DNA of 64,000 nt from a bacterium (lineage in GTDB: Bacteria > UBA8248 > JACPRG01 > G963555815). This document shows positions 10,886 through 20,745 of this stretch, in pieces. The notes below the pieces were generated by a model. It saw nothing but the letters and a program-made list of their open reading frames with translations. It did no database searches and was not told where the DNA came from. Where the stretch lies: the NCBI GenBank assembly GCA_963555815.3, contig CAUVWX020000002.1, forward strand, positions 512,001 to 576,000, given 5' to 3'. How positions within the stretch are numbered: position 1 is the stretch's first letter; each line of letters opens with the position of its first letter. The position numbers were made by a program, and so were the translations under genes.

Positions 10886-11189
10886 CTTGCTCCTCCCAGT
10901 GAACCTCCAAAGGGTCACCAACGCGAAGCAGCTCTTAAAAAGAGTTTGGCACCCAACCGACCTCGCTAATATACACGCCTTTTCCTTCCCATGAATAGAT
11001 CCTTTTTCTTCGGTCACCCCAAAATGCCCGGGCGCATGGCCCCCCCTGCAAGGGCGGATTTGATTGGCGTCAGATAGACGGTCTTGATAGAATGGAAGGG
11101 GAATTTTATGCTTCAAGATATGTCTTCTTGTGGTGGTGGGGCAGGTTGCGGTCCCGCTGGCCTTTCAGACGATTGGACGGCTTGCCATC

Positions 11190-11873
11190 ATGGTCTTCAT
11201 CACCTTTGAAGGGATAGAGGGATCGGGTAAAACGACCCAACTGAAACTTCTCGCGGAGGTTCTGTCGAGAAGCGGAATCTCTGTGGAGAGCACGCGGGAG
11301 CCCGGGGGAACGCCGTTGGGAGACGCCATCCGGAAGACCTTCCTTGACCCCGCGAATCGTGAAATGTCCGCCCAGGAGGAACTCTCCCTGATCGAGAAGG
11401 CTCGGAGCGAGCATGTTTTAAAGGTCATCCGCCCCGCTCTCAAGGCGGGAAAGGTGGTTCTTTGCGACCGCTTCATGGACTCCACCCTCGCCTACCAGGG
11501 ATATGCTCGGGGCCTTGATTTGGAGATGATCCAGGACTCGATCCGGCAGGCGACAGGAAGTCTCCAGCCCGACGCAACGCTCCTTCTCAGTCTGGATGTC
11601 TCCGTCGGCCTTGAGAGGGCTGACGGATCGAGCAAGACCGGCCCCCAGGAGACGCGATTCGAGATGGAATCCAGGGAGTTCCACGAGCGGGTCCGAGAAG
11701 GTTTTCTACTCCTTGCCAAGAAAGAAAAAGACCGAATCAAGATTGTCGATGCCTCTGGGGACTCGCAAACTGTTCACCTTCGGGTTCTCGAGGCCTTGAA
11801 GGCCTCCAAGGCCTTGAAGGCCTCCAAGGTGTCTTCGATCCTGAAGGGTGTCCAGGAGATCCAGTGCCACTAG
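11190..11873 (+). CDS. tmk: Thymidylate kinase
   Basis: FITFEGIEGSGKTT, TREPGG and CDRFMDSTLAYQG motifs. Confidence 0.95.
   Translation: MVFITFEGIEGSGKTTQLKLLAEVLSRSGISVESTREPGGTPLGDAIRKTFLDPANREMSAQEELSLIEKARSEHVLKVIRPALKAGKVVLCDRFMDSTLAYQGYARGLDLEMIQDSIRQATGSLQPDATLLLSLDVSVGLERADGSSKTGPQETRFEMESREFHERVREGFLLLAKKEKDRIKIVDASGDSQTVHLRVLEALKASKALKASKVSSILKGVQEIQCH
11791..11829 (+). repeat. Perfect 18-bp tandem duplication in the 3' end of tmk
   Basis: aggccttgaaggcctcca x2 plus agg; encodes ALKASK twice. Confidence 0.9.
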
Positions 11874-12904
11874 CCGACGTGAAGGGTCAGGAGCAGGCGG
11901 TCGAGGTTCTACGGCGCGCCATTGCCAGCGACCGAGTCGCTCCCTCCTACCTCTTCGTGGGGCCCGAGGGGGTGGGGAAACGGACGACCGCCCTTGAGTT
12001 CGCCATGGCCCTCCTCTGCCAAGGGGCTAAGGGGGAACCCGACGCCTGCCGGTCCTGCCCTTCGTGCCAAAAGGTGGCGCGGGATTCTCATCCGGACCTT
12101 TTAGTTATCGGACCGGATGGGACCCAGATTAAAATCGGAAAGAGAGACGAGCGGGGAAAGGAGCCCCCTCAGATTCGCCAGCTCATCCGGGCCGCCCACC
12201 GAAAGCCTTATGAGGGCACTCGGAAGATTTTCCTGGTGGACGAGGCCCACCGGATGAACCTGGAGGCGGCGAACGCCCTACTGAAGACGCTGGAGGAGCC
12301 GCCGCCGTCGACAGTCATCATTCTCATCGCCACAACCCTCTTCCACCTCCCGCCCACTATCGTGTCCCGGTGCCAAGTGGTACGATTTAGGCTCCTGCCC
12401 CGGGCTTGGCTGAAGGGCTGGATAGAGAAGGAACGGGAGTTGTCTGCGGAAGAGGCGGACTGGGTCTTGGCCTTCTGCGCGGGGCGCATGGACCGCGCGC
12501 GTGACCTAGACCCGAAGGGGCTTCGGGATCTTTGGTCAGAAGCCCTGGGGATGATCCGGGCTGCCCTTGCGGGGGGGGTTGAGGAGATCCTCGCCGGGGC
12601 GGCCAAGGCGGGAAGGCCCCGCGAGCGGGCGCAGGAGGTCTTGGACATTCTCCTCATCTTCCTGCGGGATCTCACGGTCCTCGCCTGGGGGGTTCCCTTG
12701 GACCATTTTGGGGATGCGGCCCTGCAGGAGGATCTTGCTTCTCTGGCCCGGGAGCATCCCCCTCAGGTGTGGATGCGGCTCTTTGAGGGGGCAAGGCGGT
12801 TTCGGGCCGAGTTAGACCGATATTCAAATCCCCAGCTTGGGTGGGAGGTCTGGTCCCTTGAGGCCTCGGCGGCCATAGCATGGAATTCGGAGGCATACTC
12901 ATGA
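11864..12904 (+). CDS. holB: DNA polymerase III subunit delta'
   Basis: GPEGVGKRT, zinc-binding Cys cluster, HPD, ANALLKTLEEPP and TIVSRC motifs. Confidence 0.93.
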   Translation: MPLADVKGQEQAVEVLRRAIASDRVAPSYLFVGPEGVGKRTTALEFAMALLCQGAKGEPDACRSCPSCQKVARDSHPDLLVIGPDGTQIKIGKRDERGKEPPQIRQLIRAAHRKPYEGTRKIFLVDEAHRMNLEAANALLKTLEEPPPSTVIILIATTLFHLPPTIVSRCQVVRFRLLPRAWLKGWIEKERELSAEEADWVLAFCAGRMDRARDLDPKGLRDLWSEALGMIRAALAGGVEEILAGAAKAGRPRERAQEVLDILLIFLRDLTVLAWGVPLDHFGDAALQEDLASLAREHPPQVWMRLFEGARRFRAELDRYSNPQLGWEVWSLEASAAIAWNSEAYS

Positions 12905-13719
12905 TAAAGGTCATCCAGGTCAATTTTAGGCGCATGGCAAGGCCCAGCCGGTTCAACGCAGGCCAGCTTTCCCTCAGGGTCGGAGACTACTGTGTGGCCG
13001 ATAGAGAGTCCGGGGCGGATGTGGGCCAGGTAGTCGCCAATCCCATGATCCTGGACGAAGCCCAGGTCAAGGAACGCCTTCGCCGGGTCATCCGAAAGGC
13101 CACGCCCGAGGACCTCGCCCAATACCGGGAGAACGATGAGAGCGAGAAGCGGGCTTTCCAGGTCTGCGTCGAGGAGATCCGTGCTCACAATCTTCCCATG
13201 AAGCTTTCGCAGGTGGAGTTCAATTTCAAGGGAGAAAAGGCCACCGTTTATTTCACAGCCGATGGAAGGGTGGACTTCCGGAGTCTTGTCAAGAGTCTGG
13301 CGAGCCGGCTCCGCGTTCGGATCGAGATGAATCAAATCGGGGCCCGGGACGAATCCAAGATGATGGACGGCTGCGGTTCGTGTGGCAAGAAGCTCTGCTG
13401 CTCCACCTGGCTCCCGGAGTTCTCCCCCATCTCCATCCGGATGGCCAAGACTCAGAATCTCTCGCTGAACCCGTCGAGGCTTTCCGGCCTTTGCGGGCGC
13501 CTCAAATGCTGCCTCATCTATGAATTCAAGGAGTACGAAGGGATCGCCAAACGCTTGCCAAAACCCGGAAGGCGGGTCAAGAACTGTGCGGGTTGCAGCG
13601 GCTGCGTCGTCAAGCAGAACCTCCTCGAGGAGTCTTTTGTCATCCGGACCGATGACGGCCGCCAGGTCAACGCCACGCTCGACGATTACGAGGAGAGCCT
13701 GGCGCGGGCCCCCCATTAA
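12901..13719 (+). CDS. ricT: PSP1/YaaT (RicT) family protein
   Basis: YFTADGRVDFR, IGARDE, CGKKLCC and SGLCGRLKCCL motifs; ATGA overlap with the holB stop. Confidence 0.88.
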   Translation: MIKVIQVNFRRMARPSRFNAGQLSLRVGDYCVADRESGADVGQVVANPMILDEAQVKERLRRVIRKATPEDLAQYRENDESEKRAFQVCVEEIRAHNLPMKLSQVEFNFKGEKATVYFTADGRVDFRSLVKSLASRLRVRIEMNQIGARDESKMMDGCGSCGKKLCCSTWLPEFSPISIRMAKTQNLSLNPSRLSGLCGRLKCCLIYEFKEYEGIAKRLPKPGRRVKNCAGCSGCVVKQNLLEESFVIRTDDGRQVNATLDDYEESLARAPH

Positions 13720-13738
13720 AGGAGGAAATATCGCTCTC

Positions 13739-15850
13739 ATGAGAGCCCGAGTGGTACTGGAGAAAAAAGGGAGTCAGACGCAATCCGGGGGTTCCCAGCC
13801 TCCCATGACTCCTATGAGGACTTTCTACCTCACCACTCCTATCTACTATGTCAATGATGTCCCTCACATCGGCCACGCCTACACCACCATCGCGGCGGAC
13901 ACCCTGAGCCGATTTCACCAACTCGCGGGAGAAAATGTCTTTTTCCTGACGGGGACCGATGAGCATGGCCAGAAGGTGGAAAAGGCGGCCCAAAAGCAGG
14001 GCCTTCAGCCCAAGGAACTCGCCAACCGGGTAGTGGGCCGCTTTCAATCCCTTTGGGACCGGCTCAACATCCAGGCCAACGACTTCATCCGGACGACCCA
14101 GAGCCGCCACCGCCTCGCCGTCGAAGCCCTCTTCTTGCTGGTGCGCCAGAGGGGCGACATCTACCTCGGCGACTACGAGGGCTGGTATTGCACGCAGGAC
14201 GAATCCTTCTGGACGGAAACCCAGGTTCAGGGGGGAAAGTGCCCCGAGTGTGGCCGCCCCGTTGAGCGGCTCAAGGAGAAGAGCTACTTCTTCCGGATGT
14301 CCCGCTACCAGGAGCCCCTCCTTCGCCACATAGAGGCCCACCCGGAATTCATCCGCCCCGAGAGCCGGCGAAACGAGATCCTGCGCTTTGTGGAGGGCGG
14401 CCTTCGAGACCTGAGCATCAGCCGCACATCCTTCCGTTGGGGGATCCCGGTTCCCGGCGACCCGGACCACGTCCTCTACGTCTGGTTCGACGCCTTGACG
14501 AACTACCTTTCGGCCCTGGGCTTTCAGGACGCGGATTCGGCGGAGGAACGCTGGGAGAGCCACTGGCCGGCGGACCTCCACCTCGTCGGGAAGGACATCC
14601 TGAGGTTTCACGCCGTTTACTGGCCCACCTTTCTCATGGCCGCCGACCTGCCGCTACCGCGCCAGATCTTTGCCCACGGGTGGTGGACTGTGGAGGGGAA
14701 GAAGATGTCCAAATCCCTCCAGAACGTGGTGGACCCCGAGCCCCTCATTGACCAATACGGGGCCGACGCCCTCAGGTATTTCCTCCTCCGGGAAGTGCCC
14801 TTCGGGGAGGACGGCGACTTCTCCCACCGGGCCCTCATCGGGCGCTTAAACAGCGACCTCGCCAACGACCTGGGGAACCTCCTGCAGCGAACCCTCGTCA
14901 TGGTGGGAAAGTACGCCGGGGGGAAGGTCCCCGAAGCGCAAGAGGCCGGCGCCGAGGAGAGCTCCCTTCGGGCCGCCTCGGAAAAGACCGTTGGCCGGGT
15001 GGAGGCATGCATAGCCGAGACGGACTTCCAGGGAGCCCTCAAGGCCATTTGGGAGTTCATCGGCCTCACGAACAAATATCTCGACACCTGCGCCCCTTGG
15101 TCTCTCGCCAAAGCCGGAAAAGAGCGGGCGGCTCAGAACGTCCTCTTCCACGCCGCCGAGGCCCTCCGGGTCACCTCCGTCCTTCTATGGCCCTTCATCC
15201 CTGAATCGGCAGAAAACCTGAGAGCCCAGCTGGGCCTGCCCCAAAGGCCGTCCTCCCTGGAGGAGGCGCGAAAGTGGGGTCTCCTGCCCGTGGGGGCGGA
15301 AACTCACCCCGGCACACCGCTCTTTCCGCGAATCGACGAAGAGGCTCCGGTCGAGATCGCCCAGGAGGTTCCAGCTGGGGTTGTGCCGGAAGCGCTGGTC
15401 GAGGCCACGCCAATCGCCGAAGAGACTCCGGTTGAGATCGTCCAGGAGGTTCCGGCTGAAGTCGCGCCGGAGGTTCCGATCGAGGTCACGCCAGTCGAAG
15501 AAGAAACTCCGGTTGAGATCGTCCAGGAGGTGGACGTCTTCCAGCAGCTTGACCTTCGGGCTGCTCGGGTCCTATCGGCTAAACGGGTGAAGGGAACAGA
15601 AACCCTCGTCAAATTGGTGCTGGACCTCGGCCGCGAGCGGCGCACCGTGGTGGCCGGGATCGGGAAGAGCTATACCCTCAAGTCCCTGAAGGGAAAGACG
15701 CTGGTCTTCGTGGCCAACCCGAAGCCCCGCACCCGAAGGGGCATAAAATCCGAGGGGATAGTGTTGGCAGTCAGGCAGGGAAAAGGGTTCGTCTTGATCG
15801 AGCCGGAGTCACCCGTCGAACCAGGGCGCTCTGTGAAGGACGTTCTGTGA
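13739..15850 (+). CDS. metG: Methionine--tRNA ligase with C-terminal tRNA-binding domain (start could be 13739, 13805 or 13814)
   Basis: HIGH and KMSKS motifs, YVWFDAL, C-terminal Trbp111-like domain. Confidence 0.95.
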   Translation: MRARVVLEKKGSQTQSGGSQPPMTPMRTFYLTTPIYYVNDVPHIGHAYTTIAADTLSRFHQLAGENVFFLTGTDEHGQKVEKAAQKQGLQPKELANRVVGRFQSLWDRLNIQANDFIRTTQSRHRLAVEALFLLVRQRGDIYLGDYEGWYCTQDESFWTETQVQGGKCPECGRPVERLKEKSYFFRMSRYQEPLLRHIEAHPEFIRPESRRNEILRFVEGGLRDLSISRTSFRWGIPVPGDPDHVLYVWFDALTNYLSALGFQDADSAEERWESHWPADLHLVGKDILRFHAVYWPTFLMAADLPLPRQIFAHGWWTVEGKKMSKSLQNVVDPEPLIDQYGADALRYFLLREVPFGEDGDFSHRALIGRLNSDLANDLGNLLQRTLVMVGKYAGGKVPEAQEAGAEESSLRAASEKTVGRVEACIAETDFQGALKAIWEFIGLTNKYLDTCAPWSLAKAGKERAAQNVLFHAAEALRVTSVLLWPFIPESAENLRAQLGLPQRPSSLEEARKWGLLPVGAETHPGTPLFPRIDEEAPVEIAQEVPAGVVPEALVEATPIAEETPVEIVQEVPAEVAPEVPIEVTPVEEETPVEIVQEVDVFQQLDLRAARVLSAKRVKGTETLVKLVLDLGRERRTVVAGIGKSYTLKSLKGKTLVFVANPKPRTRRGIKSEGIVLAVRQGKGFVLIEPESPVEPGRSVKDVL
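15338..15531 (+). repeat. 81-bp (27-aa) imperfect tandem repeat, about 2.4 copies, within metG
   Basis: Units starting gaaga(g/a)(g/a)ctccggt(c/t)gagatcg(c/t)ccaggaggt at 15338, 15419 and 15500. Confidence 0.92.
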
Positions 15851-15935
15851 GCTGACGGGGCGCCTCTCCAGAGGGGCTCCATCCCCGAGCACCCCTGTTG
15901 AGGTAAACCCTTAGCCTCTTTTTGAGTCATTCCTC

Positions 15936-17324
15936 ATGGAAACCCTATGGGTTGATTCCCACTGCCATCTCGAGGACGACCAGTTCAACGCCGACCGCCA
16001 GGAAGTTCTGGAACGGGCCCGGCGCGCTGGGGTGGGCTACGTGATCACCCTGGGGTCGGACATCCTGAGCAGCCGGAAAGCGGTTCGCCTCGCCCAGAAG
16101 AGCGAGGAGGTCTACGCCGGAGTGGGGGTCCACCCCCACATGGCCAAGACCGCAGGAAAGCGCACCTTCGCCACTCTCACCAAACTCGCTCATGATCCAA
16201 AGGTGGTGGCCATCGGAGAGGTGGGGCTCGACTACTACCGAGACCTCTCGCCCCGAAACGTCCAGCAGGCGGTCTTCCGAAGCCAGATCCGCCTCGCCCG
16301 AAGGGCAGGCCTCCCCCTGGTCCTGCACGAACGGGAGGCCCACGATGACCTGGTGACCATCCTGAGGGAGGAGCGGGCCTGGGAGGTCAGGGGGGTCATC
16401 CATTGCTTCTCGGGGGACTGGGAAAAGGCCCAGGACTATCTGGAGCTCGGTTTTCTCCTCTCGATTGCGGGGCCGGTGACCTTCTCAAAGACCGAGGCCC
16501 TTCAGGAGGCGGTCTCGAAAATCCCCCTGGAATACCTCCTGGTGGAGACGGACGCCCCCTTTCTGACCCCCGTCCCGTATCGGGGGCGCCAGAGGAACGA
16601 GCCCGCCCTTCTCCTCCATACGGCCGAGAAAGTGGCGGAACTAAAGAGGACACATCTCTCCGACCTTGCCCGGGTCACGAGCCAGAACGCCCACGCCCTC
16701 TTCGGGCTCCCATCGGTGAACCCGGCGCCTCAGCTCGTCTACCACATCGGGAATGCCATCCACGTTAACCTCACTTATACCTGCACAAACCACTGCTTTT
16801 ACTGCCCCCGGTTCAACTCCGACTTTTTCATGGGTTACAACTTGCACCTGGAGCACGACCCCTCCACGGAGGAGCTCTGGAAAGCGCTCGAGAGGGCAAA
16901 GGATTACAAGGAGGTGGTCTTCAGCGGATATGGAGAGCCCTGTCTTCGGCTGGATGTCCTCAAAGAGCTCGCCCGACGCGTCAAGGCTCGGGGATACCGG
17001 GTGCGCCTGGTCACGAACGGCCACGGCAATCTCATCCACGGCCGCAATATCCTGCCAGAGCTTCGGGGCCTTGTAGACACGGTGGACGTGAGCCTCCATG
17101 CCGAGTCGGCCGAAAAGTATCTCAAGATAGCAGATCCCCCCTTTGGTCCTCGGACGTACGACGAGGTCCACGCCTTCATCCGGGAAGCGAAACAATATAT
17201 CCCCTGTGTCAGGGTCGCTGTCCCCAAAAAACCCTTCTTCGTCAATCTCGAGGAGTGCAAGCGGGTGGTTCGAGAAGAGCTGGGGGCAGAGCTCCTCGTC
17301 CGCGACTATACCGTCGTGGCCTGA
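15936..17324 (+). CDS. TatD-family nuclease fused to a TatD-associated radical SAM domain
   Basis: N-terminal DSHCH, GEVGLDY, HCFSG and ETDAP; C-terminal CTNHCFYC, FSGYGEP and TNGHG; single ORF. Confidence 0.9.
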   Translation: METLWVDSHCHLEDDQFNADRQEVLERARRAGVGYVITLGSDILSSRKAVRLAQKSEEVYAGVGVHPHMAKTAGKRTFATLTKLAHDPKVVAIGEVGLDYYRDLSPRNVQQAVFRSQIRLARRAGLPLVLHEREAHDDLVTILREERAWEVRGVIHCFSGDWEKAQDYLELGFLLSIAGPVTFSKTEALQEAVSKIPLEYLLVETDAPFLTPVPYRGRQRNEPALLLHTAEKVAELKRTHLSDLARVTSQNAHALFGLPSVNPAPQLVYHIGNAIHVNLTYTCTNHCFYCPRFNSDFFMGYNLHLEHDPSTEELWKALERAKDYKEVVFSGYGEPCLRLDVLKELARRVKARGYRVRLVTNGHGNLIHGRNILPELRGLVDTVDVSLHAESAEKYLKIADPPFGPRTYDEVHAFIREAKQYIPCVRVAVPKKPFFVNLEECKRVVREELGAELLVRDYTVVA

Positions 17325-17494
17325 GGCCGCGGGGACCCTTTGAGATTTAAATGACCCCCTCCGTTTTCCCCGAGATTCCTGCTCGAGGCCGTTTCTGATT
17401 CTATCGCAACGCTCTTGCGAGGAAAGCGAAAGGCTGTGAGGTTCCTTCGCGCCACAGCCGATGGATCGACGCCCTCAACGAGAGGGGCGGGAGA

Positions 17495-17614
17495 CCAAGT
17501 CGTGACCACCCTCCAGCGAAACCGTTTTTGAGCATGAACCGCTGGGGCCGAAAGCACTGCCCCCGCGGCCGCCGCCCCAAGTCCCACCTTTTTGATAAAG
17601 GAACCCCTCTTCAT
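17495..17614 (-). pseudogene. N-terminal remnant of a Tat-exported TRAP (DctP/TakP-like) solute-binding protein
   Basis: RBS ggagg, then MKRGSFIKKVGLGAAAAGAVLSAPAVHAQKRFRWRVVTTW; similarity is lost after about 40 aa. Confidence 0.6.
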
Positions 17615-17661
17615 CTCCCACCTCCGGGACGGATCAGATTTGCTCTCCCTGTCTCTTCCTC

Positions 17662-18486
17662 TCACCCGTTCCCTGAACCTCTAGGGCCACTCTTTGTCTC
17701 TCCCTCTGTTTCTCGGATCTGGATCCGCTCAATGGCCTCTGCCTTTCCCGTCTTCGGGTCCACGGTGACCAGGACGCCGTTCAGCTGTGCCGGGCCTGTC
17801 GCCGTCTCAAATTTTTTGGGGAGTCCCGTCAGAAATCTTTTGATGGCGTTTTGGCGCTTCACACCGATGACAGAGTGGAAGGGGCCCGTCATCCCCGCGT
17901 CGCTGAGAAAGGCCGTCCCCCCTGGGAGGATCCACTCGTCGGCCGTTTGGACATGGGTGTGGGTCCCGACGATGGCAGAGACCTTGCCGTCGAGGTGCCA
18001 GCCCAGGGCAACCTTCTCCGAGGTAGCCTCGGCATGGAAGTCCACCAGGATGACGGGCGTCTCGGCGCGAAGGCGCGCTGCAGCCTCGGCACCCACCCGA
18101 AAGGGGCAATCCAGGGCGGGCATGAAGACGCGCCCGCAGAGATTCAGCACCCCGACGGGCGTTCCGTTTGAGGTTTGAAAGACTCGAAACCCCCGTCCCG
18201 GGACATCGGGGGGGTAGTTGGCGGGCCGAAGCAAGCGGGGATCCGAGGCGATGAGAGGAAGGGCCTCTCGCTGGTCCCAGACGTGATTCCCCGAGGTGAA
18301 GGCATCAAGACCGAGATCGAACAGTTCGTCGGCCACGGCTGGGGTGATGCCAAATCCCCCGGCGGCGTTCTCCACGTTGGCCACGGAGAAGTCCACCCCC
18401 CGCTCCTGCAAGAGGGCCGGCAGGTGGGCCGCCATCATCCGGCGGCCTGGCTTTCCCACGATGTCGCCAATAAAGAGGATCTTCAA
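17662..18486 (-). CDS. ymdB: YmdB-family metallophosphoesterase
   Basis: GDIVGKPG, NVENAAGG, SGNHVWD, DFHAEATSEK and GTHTHV motifs. Confidence 0.93.
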   Translation of the reverse strand: MKILFIGDIVGKPGRRMMAAHLPALLQERGVDFSVANVENAAGGFGITPAVADELFDLGLDAFTSGNHVWDQREALPLIASDPRLLRPANYPPDVPGRGFRVFQTSNGTPVGVLNLCGRVFMPALDCPFRVGAEAAARLRAETPVILVDFHAEATSEKVALGWHLDGKVSAIVGTHTHVQTADEWILPGGTAFLSDAGMTGPFHSVIGVKRQNAIKRFLTGLPKKFETATGPAQLNGVLVTVDPKTGKAEAIERIQIRETEGETKSGPRGSGNG

Positions 18487-18505
18487 GGGGTTGCCCCAAG
18501 GGACC

Positions 18506-20083
18506 TTAGTGGGCGTGGTCGATAGTCCGGGTCTCGCGGATGACCGTCACCTTGATCTCACCTGGGTAGGTGAGCTCTTCCTCAATCTTCCGGGCAATAT
18601 CCTTGGTCAGGAAGATGGCCTCCGCCTCGCTGACGGCACCGGGTTCCACAATGACCCGGATCTCCCGGCCAGCCTGGATGGCGTAAGTCTTCTCCACACC
18701 CGGGAAGGAGTCCCCGATCTCTTCCAACTTCTCCAGCCGTTTGATGTAGGACTCCAGGATCTCCCGCCGGGCGCCCGGCCGGGCCGCTGAAAGTGCGTCG
18801 GCGGCGCAGACAAGGACCACCTCGAGGCTTTTAGGCTCTTCCTCCTCGTGGTGAGCCGCGATGGCGTTCAGGACGAGGGGGCCTTCGTTATAGCGCCGGC
18901 AGAGATCCTGACCGACCTGGATGTGGGAGCCCTCCGCCTCGTGGTCGGCGGCCTTACCGATATCGTGGAGGAGCCCCGCTCGTTTGGCCAGCTTGATGTC
19001 AGCCCCCAACTCAGCCGCCATGAGGCCGCTCAGGTGGGCCACCTCCTTGCTATGAAGGAGGACATTCTGGGAGTAGCTGGTCCGGTAGTGGAGGCGACCG
19101 AGCAGACGCAGGATCTCGGGATGGATCCCCTCCAGTCCCACGTCGAAGACGGCCTGCTCTCCTGTCTCCAGGACGTGCTTGTCCATCTCCTTCTTGACCT
19201 TCTCCACGACTTCTTCAATCCGCCCCGGGTGGATGCGGCCATCGGTGACGAGCCTCACCAGGGCCTGGCGGGCCACCTCCCGTTTGACCGGGTCGAAGCC
19301 TGAGAGGAAGACCGCCTGGGGGGTATCATCAATGATGAGGTCCACCCCCGTTGCCATCTCCAGGGCCCGGATGTTTCGACCCTCTCGACCGATGATGCGG
19401 CCCTTCATCTCGTCGTTGGGAAGCTCTACTACGGAGACCGTGGTCTCAGCCACATGATCGGCGGCGTAACGCTGGATGGCGGTGCCGATGATGCGCTTGG
19501 CCTCCTGCTCGCCTTTCTCCCGGGCCTCCTCCTCGATCCGACGCACCAAGCCTCCGGCCTCCCGCCGGGCATCCTCGGTCATCTGGGTCACCAGGATCTT
19601 TCTGGCCTCGGCTGAGGTCATCCCCGAGATCCTCTCGAGTCGGCGGATCCACTCCTTCACCATCTCCTCGGACTCTTTGAGTTTCTCCTTCGCCGCGTGC
19701 TCTATGTCCAGGGACCGGCGCCCCTGCTCCTCAATTTCCCGGACCTTCTGATCGGCCCCCTCCGACTTTTTGTCCAGATGCTCTTCCCGCTGGAGAAGCC
19801 GCCGCTCCAGGTTATGGAGCTCCTGCTTTCTCTCCAGGTTCTCCCGTTCCAGCTCTCCCCGGGCCCGCAGGGCCTCCTCCTTAGACTCCAGCCGCATCGC
19901 CTTCTTCAGGCTTTCGGCCTCCCGCTGGGCCTCTTCCAGGAGCTTTTGGGCCTGGTCCTTTGCTGCCCGAACAATGGGCCGATCAGACGTCCTGCGAAGG
20001 AAAAACCCGATGAGGGCCCCCACGACAAGGGCCGCCAGGGCCAAAATCCACCCGATCAGGCTCCCAAAAAATGCTGTCAGCAC
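18506..20083 (-). CDS. rny: Ribonuclease Y
   Basis: N-terminal TM, coiled coil, KH motif [15 protein letters not shown] motif LLHDIGK. Confidence 0.97.
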   Translation of the reverse strand: MLTAFFGSLIGWILALAALVVGALIGFFLRRTSDRPIVRAAKDQAQKLLEEAQREAESLKKAMRLESKEEALRARGELERENLERKQELHNLERRLLQREEHLDKKSEGADQKVREIEEQGRRSLDIEHAAKEKLKESEEMVKEWIRRLERISGMTSAEARKILVTQMTEDARREAGGLVRRIEEEAREKGEQEAKRIIGTAIQRYAADHVAETTVSVVELPNDEMKGRIIGREGRNIRALEMATGVDLIIDDTPQAVFLSGFDPVKREVARQALVRLVTDGRIHPGRIEEVVEKVKKEMDKHVLETGEQAVFDVGLEGIHPEILRLLGRLHYRTSYSQNVLLHSKEVAHLSGLMAAELGADIKLAKRAGLLHDIGKAADHEAEGSHIQVGQDLCRRYNEGPLVLNAIAAHHEEEEPKSLEVVLVCAADALSAARPGARREILESYIKRLEKLEEIGDSFPGVEKTYAIQAGREIRVIVEPGAVSEAEAIFLTKDIARKIEEELTYPGEIKVTVIRETRTIDHAH

Positions 20084-20100
20084 AGTCCCTTACCTCTCCG

Positions 20101-20745
20101 TCATGGCTTGATTGCCAAGCTCAGGCTCGCCGCCCTTCGGGATAAACCACGCCAGACGCCCTTCTCCGTGACAACGCGATGCATCCGGATGTCCCTCGGA
20201 TCACTGGGGATGCGGTCGGCCATCTGGCAGGAAAAGGCCAGGCCAATCCTCCAGGCATCGGGACGCGCTCCGGCCAGAAGGCGATCATAGTAGCCTTGCC
20301 CAAACCCAAGCCGTCTCCCCCCTCGGTCAAAGGCGATCCCGGGGATCACAAAACAATCGATGACTTGCGGCATCACTGGGCGAATGGCCGAGGCCCTGGG
20401 CTCCCAGATCCCGAGTCGGCCTTTCCGGAGTTCGGCCTCCAGGTCTTTCACCTCAGAAAGGAGGAGGGCTCCTCCCGGCTCCGGCGAAACCACGGGGACC
20501 GCGACCCGCCAGCCTCGGCACAGGGCCTCCTCGATGATGGGACGCGTTCGAATCTCCCCGGCGAAAGCGACATAGGAGGAAAGCCAACCCTTTTCCCGAG
20601 CGGCCTGAAGCCTCCAAAACCTTCGAATAATGCGAGCGCTGTGACGCTCGACGAGCGCGAGCGGAAGGCCCTCACGCCTCGCCAGAAAGCTCCGGCGAAG
20701 CTGTGCCTTCTCCGAAGAAAGCTCCCTCCGCGCGCGAGGTGCCAA
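20101..20745 (-). CDS. 5-formyltetrahydrofolate cyclo-ligase (start uncertain: TTG 20745 or GTG 20847)
   Basis: KAQLR, GIWEP, PGIAFD and RLGFGQGYYDRLL motifs. Confidence 0.9.
   Translation of the reverse strand: MAPRARRELSSEKAQLRRSFLARREGLPLALVERHSARIIRRFWRLQAAREKGWLSSYVAFAGEIRTRPIIEEALCRGWRVAVPVVSPEPGGALLLSEVKDLEAELRKGRLGIWEPRASAIRPVMPQVIDCFVIPGIAFDRGGRRLGFGQGYYDRLLAGARPDAWRIGLAFSCQMADRIPSDPRDIRMHRVVTEKGVWRGLSRRAASLSLAIKP

Noticed and set aside
15338..15531. CRISPR-like repeat-spacer array
   Set aside because: The period is 81 bp and in frame inside metG, the intervening segments are homologous to each other, and there are no cas genes.
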